Part shown: positions 56,936 through 64,000 of the stretch, one piece after another | Layout of the letters: each line of letters opens with the position of its first letter | How positions within the stretch are numbered: the stretch's first letter is position 1 | Program-made: the position numbers and the translations under genes | Notes under the pieces: model-generated | Told to the model about the DNA's origin: nothing | The model's database searches: none | Seen by the model: only the letters and a program-made list of their open reading frames with translations | IMG/VR virus record: IMGVR_UViG_3300034171_000062 | Location: 106,558 to 170,557 of that record | DNA from: a virus | Taxonomy: Duplodnaviria > Caudoviricetes | Length of the DNA stretch: 64,000 bases | Reading direction: 5' to 3' (one strand)

Positions 56936-59083
56936 ATGTCGTCTTTTTTCGTTAAACCCGTCGAGGAATACCACCGCGACCTAGACGTACAAACCGCGTA
57001 CTACCGTGACATGGCCAGCGGACTTGCCCGAGTGACCGGTCGCAACTACGAAGCGTGCCTGGAATACGTTAAGCAAGTGACCAGCGCTACGGGACGATTG
57101 GCGTACCAAGACCCCCCGATGAAATACGTCGGCCGCAAGGCGTCTGGCGATCGCGTGGTGAAGATTACCACGTTCCTGGGATACCTGAGGACAGTCAATC
57201 AACATCAGCTGATTTTAGCCCCGTCACTGACCGTCTATCAGAACCCCAAGGTTGAGAAGTCCGTCACCGCCATCTACATCGGAGAGAACATCAAGAAGCG
57301 TTCAAAGTCAAAGAACGAGATGTTTGCCGCTAAAGAGGTTGGAAACAGTTCACTCTACGCGTTCAAGAAGAATGAACAGCAAACCCACAAGATCAAGAAC
57401 AATGCCCTGTCTGGTGCACACTGTTCCGACTCCACCGTTTTGTATTTGGACACCATCCACTCCAGTCTGACCTCCACGTGTCGCAGCGCCGCCGGATACG
57501 GCAACGCCAACAACGAGAAAGTATTATCAGGCAACCGTCACTACTGGTCCTCTGACGTTGTGGTGGCCAACGTTCTGGCGATCATCAACCATGTAGACTT
57601 TGTTGCGTTCGCTCAGGCTATGGATAAGTACGACTTGGTATCTCCTACCGTCGACGAAACCATGGAGTGCATTCAATTCAGTACCGACTTTTATTGGCGG
57701 GATCGTGGGAAGACGGCGCAAATCCATCGATTGGTCAGTGGTCTGTCAGACCTTGAGAGAGCGGCTTTTGTGTACACCGGGGACTTACATCACTTGGCAA
57801 AACACAACCCATCGGTGGTACGCACCATGTTGGATGAGATCGCGACGGTCCCCGAACCTATCTCAGGGGTGTCTAACGCCATCATGGGGACCTTGAACGA
57901 TGAAATGGGCACTATGGTCTCTCTTCTGTGCGGCAATCGTTTGGGGGGGAAGAAGCTGGATTCGTTTGAGGAGTTCGATCAAGAGACCAAAGATCTGGTA
58001 TTCACTACAGCCCAACGGTTAACGGAAACGCTCGAACATTACCGATTACTGATCAAAGTTCTTCTGGTCAGCGACGTCATGCCAGCAAGTATGGCCAACC
58101 TACCCAGCATCATTCGCCGCAACGCGATTACCTCCGATACCGACTCCACCATTTATACGGTGCAAGACTGGTTGATGTGGTATTCTGGTAAAGTGTCGTT
58201 TGATGAGAAGACCGTCAATATTGGCCACGCGGTGTCGTTCTTGTCCTCTGCGTCTATCACCCATATACTGGCGAAGATGTCAGCCAATATGGGGGTGGTA
58301 AAAGAACAACTACACCAGTACCAGATGAAGTCTGAATTCTACTTCCCAGTGTTCGCATTGACCTCACGAGCGAAAACGTACTTTGCGCACGCGGCAGCCC
58401 AAGAGCGGCAGGTCTTTCTCGAACCCGACCTGGAAGTAAAAGGAGCGGTCCTGAAAGGCTCAGCTTCACCAAAGTTCGTTATGGACGACGCCGCGGCGCT
58501 GGTGAATGAAATACTGGACGCCGTAGGGACAGGGGAGAAGATCAAACTCTACCCCATCCTAGAGCGAGTCGCTACGATGGAACAAACGATCATCGATTCC
58601 ATCAAACGCGGTGAGACCCACTATTATAAACGCAGTGAGATCAAAACAGCCGACTCGTATAAGTTGAGTGAATCGTCCAGTCCGTATATGCACTACCTAC
58701 TCTGGACTGAAGTGTTTGCTGACAAATACGGCGCCATTGAATCTGTTCCCTATCGTGCCATCAAGGTCTCCATAGACGCAGACTCTAAGACCGATTTCAA
58801 CAAGTGGGTGACGTCGTTCGATGACCCCGCCATCCGGGATAAGCTGTTAGCGTTTTTGAAGAAACACGGCAAAGAGAAACTGACCACCATACAAGTTCCT
58901 CAAGCCATTGCAGAAGACACAGGCATCCCTCAGGAGATCGTTAACGGGGTCTCTTCTCGAAAGGTTGTGTCTAACCTACTGGAACCGCACTACGTCCTAC
59001 TGGAGACACTAGGGTATTACACCATCGACGATAACCAACTGCGACTGATATCCGATAGCTATCTTCCAACCCAGGCGACATAA
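56936..59083 (+). CDS. Family B DNA polymerase catalytic subunit (phiKZ gp50-like, split enzyme)
   Basis: KIKNNALSG (motif B), SDTDS (motif C), KTY and EVKG; AGGAGGTG RBS. Confidence 0.85.
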   Translation: MSSFFVKPVEEYHRDLDVQTAYYRDMASGLARVTGRNYEACLEYVKQVTSATGRLAYQDPPMKYVGRKASGDRVVKITTFLGYLRTVNQHQLILAPSLTVYQNPKVEKSVTAIYIGENIKKRSKSKNEMFAAKEVGNSSLYAFKKNEQQTHKIKNNALSGAHCSDSTVLYLDTIHSSLTSTCRSAAGYGNANNEKVLSGNRHYWSSDVVVANVLAIINHVDFVAFAQAMDKYDLVSPTVDETMECIQFSTDFYWRDRGKTAQIHRLVSGLSDLERAAFVYTGDLHHLAKHNPSVVRTMLDEIATVPEPISGVSNAIMGTLNDEMGTMVSLLCGNRLGGKKLDSFEEFDQETKDLVFTTAQRLTETLEHYRLLIKVLLVSDVMPASMANLPSIIRRNAITSDTDSTIYTVQDWLMWYSGKVSFDEKTVNIGHAVSFLSSASITHILAKMSANMGVVKEQLHQYQMKSEFYFPVFALTSRAKTYFAHAAAQERQVFLEPDLEVKGAVLKGSASPKFVMDDAAALVNEILDAVGTGEKIKLYPILERVATMEQTIIDSIKRGETHYYKRSEIKTADSYKLSESSSPYMHYLLWTEVFADKYGAIESVPYRAIKVSIDADSKTDFNKWVTSFDDPAIRDKLLAFLKKHGKEKLTTIQVPQAIAEDTGIPQEIVNGVSSRKVVSNLLEPHYVLLETLGYYTIDDNQLRLISDSYLPTQAT

Positions 59084-59090
59084 TAGGCGT

Positions 59091-59125
59091 GCTAGACTAA
59101 GCGGATGCGTTCCGCTTAGTCTAGC
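59091..59125. terminator. Perfect 15-bp inverted repeat between convergent genes
   Basis: GCTAGACTAAGCGGA-TGCGT-TCCGCTTAGTCTAGC. Confidence 0.75.
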
Positions 59126-59132
59126 CGCCACT

Positions 59133-60221
59133 TCATAAGTACGCCATCACCGCTCGATCAATGCGATCGAGTATCTCTTGTGCCTTATCTGCACCAAGCG
59201 CCGTTTGAAAGTCCCGATCTCGGGACAGTTCCCGGTAGCGCTTCCTTAACACACTGGCCCCTTGGGTATTACGAGAACTCCCAGCAGCCATGTCCGTCTG
59301 TACTAAGAACTCAATGATCGGTAAGACCCACAGCGTCATGGCCCAACTGTTTTGTCGGGTAATGGCCACTTCAGGAATGGTACTTAGGTTTTGCAGGTTA
59401 TTCAGCGCCACCAGTTGTACCTGTTGCATCATGTCGTCGAACACCATGGGTCTCTGAGTCAAGTGTGCGACTCGATCGGTTAAGTAAGCATCTACTTTCC
59501 GATCGTAGTCCGACAGGTGCATGGGCCAGGTATTGTAGAACGCCTCAGTCTTGTGTCCAGCCGCCACCGCAGACAACCTATTGAACAACGCCACGTCAAC
59601 GTGTGAGACGATGGCATTGGCCAGTGGGAACTCAAAGACGAACTGCATAGGCGTACGAATAAAGTCCACGCCTGCTCGCTTCTGCGCCAAGTACCACTGG
59701 CGGTATTGAATGGCCAGTTTGGGCAGGTCGACCTGAATCACCGCCCAGGTGGGAAACTCGGTATATTGTCGCCCATCCAAAGGTTCGAACGTCATACCTG
59801 TGAACGGATGGCGAAGAACTTTGATTGACATCAATCGTTGCCAGGAGTCTTCCACGGACAACAGATCTATGTCTTGACTGACGGACAGTAGGACCTCTTG
59901 CACGTTATTTCCATAGAAGGTGTCACGAGTGAAGGTCTTACCGCTCATTCCAGGCGTTGTGATGCCATTGGCGCGCGCGATGCGCTCTGCTCTGGATTCA
60001 ACCTTGCGGTGGTATTCAAAGATGGGTAAGGTAGGATCGACGTTCAGTCCCATTAAGAGCTTGACCAGTACGTGGGCGCTGTCTACCGCATAGCTTGCAC
60101 CACGACATTCCCGAAGGACCATGGCCAAGTTCTTACGCAGACCGCGTTTAACGTACCCGTATGAAGATGGTAACGATACGCGAGCGTCCATCTTACTAGG
60201 GTTGGTAAACAGCGTATACAT
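59133..60221 (-). CDS. Conserved hypothetical protein between polymerase and chimallin
   Basis: 362 aa; position matches the phiKZ gp50-gp55 block. Confidence 0.65.
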   Translation of the reverse strand: MYTLFTNPSKMDARVSLPSSYGYVKRGLRKNLAMVLRECRGASYAVDSAHVLVKLLMGLNVDPTLPIFEYHRKVESRAERIARANGITTPGMSGKTFTRDTFYGNNVQEVLLSVSQDIDLLSVEDSWQRLMSIKVLRHPFTGMTFEPLDGRQYTEFPTWAVIQVDLPKLAIQYRQWYLAQKRAGVDFIRTPMQFVFEFPLANAIVSHVDVALFNRLSAVAAGHKTEAFYNTWPMHLSDYDRKVDAYLTDRVAHLTQRPMVFDDMMQQVQLVALNNLQNLSTIPEVAITRQNSWAMTLWVLPIIEFLVQTDMAAGSSRNTQGASVLRKRYRELSRDRDFQTALGADKAQEILDRIDRAVMAYL

Positions 60222-60542
60222 ATCGGTGTCTCGCGATTGGATTAAAAAGGAGGATGAGTTAGGTCATAGTATGCGAGTAAATCGCATCCTCCGTTTCCTA
60301 ACGTTTCTAGAACGTTGGGGAATACCCGCTATACCCAATGTCTTCTGTAAAATCGCACTCAGGCGCGACATTTAATGAGCGGGTATGTAAGGAATCTATT
60401 ATTTAGTACACAGTAGACCTACTATATAGACACCACAATGTCTGGGCACCCTCGACGGAGGATCGCTCAGTCCACCTACAGTCTATTCGCTTTGACCTTG
60501 CGATGGCTGCAGACCGGTGTGTAAATCCGTTGATCGTAGAAA

Positions 60543-60565
60543 ATTTGAAACCTACATCATCAAGG
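60543..60565 (+). promoter_or_regulatory. Putative phage promoter for chimallin
   Basis: ATTTGAAACCTACATCATCAAGG. Confidence 0.55.
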
Positions 60566-60631
60566 TACATAGCTCGCCCTAGAGCTTTGTTTGCGCAAAC
60601 ACAACCATAGTAAATTTTAAGGAGTAACTTC

Positions 60632-62506
60632 ATGGGAATTAATCGTGATGACGAAGCTAACACGGGCGCCGGTCGCGCTACGGGTGCAGAGTCTGAGAAG
60701 CAAACTGCGGATAACGGACACCAGCCGCAGCAGCGTAATCAGCCTCGCGGCCGCATCGGGATGAGTTCGCTGAGCGAGCGCATCCAACGGCCTATGAAAC
60801 GGAATCAGATGGGTGAGATGCTGGCCGAATTCGATCGTGCGGTCACCGCCATCTTCGGTGACTCTATGGCAACATACGGCACCGAGTTCAAGGTGTTGGC
60901 TCTGGACGCCGGCCGACATGGCCTTCATTACAGCGCGGTGATGTTGATTGGTCTGGTTAACGTAGGCGGCCGTAAGGTAGCGTCGACGTACACCATGATC
61001 CTGGAAGGGTCAGCCTCTCAGCCACGTCCGACCGTTTTGAACATGTACGGTAAGTCAGTTGAAGTGGTACTGACAGCAATGGACGCTTGGGACGAATTGA
61101 CCTGGGCAAAAGTGCAAGCGGTTGTGAAGCAGTCGTACGGTGACGGCATCGAAGTGATGAACGCCGGTGCATCGGTTGTCCCACAGGACATTGACGTTAA
61201 AGACGAAGAGCGCGTGTGGCAGATCGTTTGGGCTGCACAAGAAGCGGTTCTGTCTACCATGGAATCGTCCTTCCCAGAGCAGTTTGAGCATTTCAACCTG
61301 GCCGAAATCTTTGACTCCAGCCGCGATCGCATGAACGCGTCGTTCACCTACAACGGCCCAGACGGCGAATCCGTCAACGGTCTTCCGGTGCGCAGCGACA
61401 TGACCTTGGTGATGTCCAGTTCTGAGCGCAATGCCGCGTCACAGCAAAACCAGCTGTCGTCGTTCCAGCATCAGACCGCGAAAGATCTGTTGGAAGTGAA
61501 CAGCTACGTGGACCTGGTCTACGCACCGTCAAACCAGGCGCCTGCGCCAGGTCAGATGCCTCCAACTCAGATCTTCGTGCCACGGGTAACCATCACTAAG
61601 ATCTCTGCACTGGATGCACCGTTCACGCCTGAGACGTTCCTGTTGGGTCTGGCAACCAACGTGTTGATTGGCGATAACTACGCCTGGGCCGCACAGTTTG
61701 CCAACTTCGCACAGGAAGAGATCCACGACATCGGCGGCATCGGCTACCGTTTGAAGAACCCAAATGATCCCAACGCTCAACCGCAGCCGGTTGATACCAA
61801 GACCAACACTTTCGGTCAGAATGAGTTGTTCGATCTGATCCAGACCACGTGCTGGAAAGATCCTGCGTTCTCTATGGACTGTGAAGACGTGGGTCCTGAA
61901 AGCTGGCTGACCGGTGCGTTCGTTGATTCGGCTAGTGGTAACGCTAACTCTACGAACTTCTTGATTGCAGCAGCTAACAACCTGACCAACGGTAACTTCG
62001 GTCAGATGTGGCAGGGCGGTCATATCGCGGTGACTGAAAACAACCGGGTACACTTGGGTACGTACGTAGATGGTGCCGGTCAAACGCGCGACCTGCGTGA
62101 AATCGATTCACTGGCGATCTTGAACCACCATGGTCACAACGACATGAGTGCGGTCAACGCCTGGGAATCTACCTTCAACGACATGCAAGCCCCGATCGAG
62201 CTGCGTCTCGAGAAGCGACTGCAGATGATCCGTAACCTGGCTGGCGGTAACCTGAAGATCCGTGGCTTCGCTGAGCGTATCACGTTCACACCGGAGTTCA
62301 TTGAGACGCTGGTTGCAGCTGTAGTACGTGCTGGTCTGATGGTTGACGAAGACGGTCTTCAGTCCATGTACGGTCAGAACTATCAGGTGGGTAACAGCTT
62401 CCTGAATGCGTATGCAACACACGCAGGTTCTAGCGGTATGGTGAACACAGGCGGTCCTCAGGGCAACCACCTGTTCCGTCGCCCAATGTCACGCTGGCAG
62501 TCATAA
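60632..62506 (+). CDS. chmA: Chimallin, major phage-nucleus shell protein (phiKZ gp54-like)
   Basis: 624 aa with disordered termini; G.PVRSD, YVDLVY, DLREID motifs; TAAGGAG RBS; directly upstream of the nvRNAP beta-prime gene; phuZ nearby. Confidence 0.85.
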   Translation: MGINRDDEANTGAGRATGAESEKQTADNGHQPQQRNQPRGRIGMSSLSERIQRPMKRNQMGEMLAEFDRAVTAIFGDSMATYGTEFKVLALDAGRHGLHYSAVMLIGLVNVGGRKVASTYTMILEGSASQPRPTVLNMYGKSVEVVLTAMDAWDELTWAKVQAVVKQSYGDGIEVMNAGASVVPQDIDVKDEERVWQIVWAAQEAVLSTMESSFPEQFEHFNLAEIFDSSRDRMNASFTYNGPDGESVNGLPVRSDMTLVMSSSERNAASQQNQLSSFQHQTAKDLLEVNSYVDLVYAPSNQAPAPGQMPPTQIFVPRVTITKISALDAPFTPETFLLGLATNVLIGDNYAWAAQFANFAQEEIHDIGGIGYRLKNPNDPNAQPQPVDTKTNTFGQNELFDLIQTTCWKDPAFSMDCEDVGPESWLTGAFVDSASGNANSTNFLIAAANNLTNGNFGQMWQGGHIAVTENNRVHLGTYVDGAGQTRDLREIDSLAILNHHGHNDMSAVNAWESTFNDMQAPIELRLEKRLQMIRNLAGGNLKIRGFAERITFTPEFIETLVAAVVRAGLMVDEDGLQSMYGQNYQVGNSFLNAYATHAGSSGMVNTGGPQGNHLFRRPMSRWQS

Positions 62507-62521
62507 GCCATTGCGGCAATA

Positions 62522-62553
62522 TAAAAGGAGGACCTTCGGGTCCTCCTTTTTTT
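62522..62553 (+). terminator. Intrinsic terminator after chmA
   Basis: AAAAGGAGGACC-TTCG-GGTCCTCCTTTT plus further T. Confidence 0.85.
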
Positions 62554-62580
62554 CTCAACGTGTAAGAGGAGCCCCAGTCG

Positions 62581-64000
62581 ATGCAGATCCCCACGTCGAC
62601 ACCGAACCCGCCCACACTTAGTGGTGTGTTCTGTGAAATGATCGACTACGATCGCCTCTATGAGTCGGTATCGGACCATGCGATGCTGGTCAACACCTTT
62701 AACATTCGCAACGACGCCGAGAAAGAGCGGCTGAATCGTTTGCTCTACACCGAGTACGAAGGCGACACCCTGGACACGATGCCCGCGTGTGATTGTGGTC
62801 AGCTGACTGGCGAATACAATAAAGGCGTGCGTTGTACGAACTGTGGGACTGTGGTGGTTTCAATCACCGAACGACCTATGGAATCGTTGCTGTGGATTAA
62901 AGTACCCCAAGGGGTCAAAGCGTTTATCTCACCGGCAGCGTGGAACGTACTCAATTCCATGTTCAGTCACCGTGGCGTACAGATGGTACGTTGGTTGACC
63001 GACCCAACCTATACTCCGAATAAGGGAGTGGACAAGTCCGACGCCCTGTTCGACCGTTTCCGAGACATCAATTGGAAGCGTTCCATCAACCACTTTATTG
63101 AACACTTCGACGTTGCGTTGAACGTGATGTTCGATCATCGTGTGGTCAGTCCGATCCCCAGACGCCGCCGTACTGAGCAATTCATCGAAGAGAACCGCGA
63201 CCGGTTCTTCCCGACTTACCTGCCGATCCCTAACCGTTCGATCTTCATTACTGAGAAGACGGCCATGGGTACCTACGCGGATAACGTGATGTACTCGGCT
63301 ATCGACGCCGTGCGCACCATGACGTCTCTGGATTCTGGCATATCGCCAGCTACTCAGCGCGTCAAGGAAAACCGAACCGTTAAGGTCGTGCAACAACTGT
63401 CGACGTATTACACGGAGTACACTAAGAACAACCTGTCCAAGAAACCGGGCATGTTCCGACGTCAAGTCTATGGCTCTCGTCTGGATTTCTCAGGTCGAGC
63501 GGTGATCAGTTCGTTGTCGCATCCGCACAAGTACGATGAACTGCACTTCCCCTGGGGTTTGGCGGTGATGATGCTGAAGACGCACATTACCAGTAAGCTC
63601 TTGCGCCGTGGCATGACGCCCTCGCAGTCGGAAGAGTTCTTGATGCTGCACACCACGATGTACCACCCACTACTGGAGACCATCTTCAACGAACTGTTGG
63701 ATGAACATCCCCAGAAGCGGTTACCGGTACTGTTTCAGCGAAACCCTTCACTGGTTCGTGGCTCAGCGCAGCAGTTGTACATCAGTAAGATCAAGACAGA
63801 CCCGATCATCAACACCATCAGCTTTTCCGTGCTGGCTTTGGCTGCCCCGAACGCAGACTTTGACGGCGATGAGATGAACTGTGAGTTGCTGCTCGATCAG
63901 AAGGAACTGAAGTCGTTTAGTCGTCTAGCCCCACACATGGGCGTACTCGACACTCACGCACCGTTTCGGATATCAGGCAACATCAAGCTTCCCGGCCCGA
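62581..64000 (+). CDS. Non-virion RNA polymerase beta-prime subunit (phiKZ gp55-like), 3'-truncated by window edge
   Basis: Not in the ORF track; ATG 62581 after GAGGAG; Zn ribbon CDCG..CTNCG; GSRLDFSGRAVI; QRNPSL; in-frame NADFDGD at 63850-63870. Confidence 0.92.
   Translation, partial: MQIPTSTPNPPTLSGVFCEMIDYDRLYESVSDHAMLVNTFNIRNDAEKERLNRLLYTEYEGDTLDTMPACDCGQLTGEYNKGVRCTNCGTVVVSITERPMESLLWIKVPQGVKAFISPAAWNVLNSMFSHRGVQMVRWLTDPTYTPNKGVDKSDALFDRFRDINWKRSINHFIEHFDVALNVMFDHRVVSPIPRRRRTEQFIEENRDRFFPTYLPIPNRSIFITEKTAMGTYADNVMYSAIDAVRTMTSLDSGISPATQRVKENRTVKVVQQLSTYYTEYTKNNLSKKPGMFRRQVYGSRLDFSGRAVISSLSHPHKYDELHFPWGLAVMMLKTHITSKLLRRGMTPSQSEEFLMLHTTMYHPLLETIFNELLDEHPQKRLPVLFQRNPSLVRGSAQQLYISKIKTDPIINTISFSVLALAAPNADFDGDEMNCELLLDQKELKSFSRLAPHMGVLDTHAPFRISGNIKLPGP

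Noticed and set aside
42014-59083. Inteins in terminase or DNA polymerase
   Set aside because: Lengths are ordinary for these families and no intein start or HN-terminal splice motifs were seen
62581-64000. Intron in the nvRNAP beta-prime gene as in some relatives
   Set aside because: Frame is continuous from the Zn ribbon through NADFDGD to the window end
1-64000. tRNA, tmRNA or rRNA genes
   Set aside because: No cloverleaf with T-loop and acceptor stem found by eye in intergenic regions; tRNAscan-SE or ARAGORN would confirm

Overview
This 64 kb window is from a nucleus-forming jumbo phage (phiKZ-like, Chimalliviridae). Its host is probably gammaproteobacterial, inferred from a captured HDOD gene. 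Recognisable core genes: UvsX/RecA; three virion RNA polymerase subunits (gp149-, gp180-, gp178-like); the giant tail protein (gp181-like) and its neighbour; prohead protease; tail tube and sheath; large terminase; PhuZ tubulin; the split family-B DNA polymerase; chimallin; and the start of the non-virion RNAP beta-prime subunit, which runs off the window end. Features the ORF track does not show: (1) a 375-nt ORF-less group I intron at 24436-24810 splitting the gp178-like gene; (2) two ~600-700 nt gene-free, densely base-paired regions with plus-strand G-U wobbles and 3' terminators (downstream of phuZ, and 47546-48240), both candidate large structured ncRNAs; (3) three dispersed paralogues of a coiled-coil + PKD + DUF285/BspA repeat protein; (4) a tandem array of seven probable distant paralogues between phuZ and the polymerase; (5) a recurring promoter motif and a family of CGGCATA-flanked hairpins. 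phiKZ gp numbers come from remembered motifs and gene order, not from database searches. No tRNA, rRNA or CRISPR array was seen.
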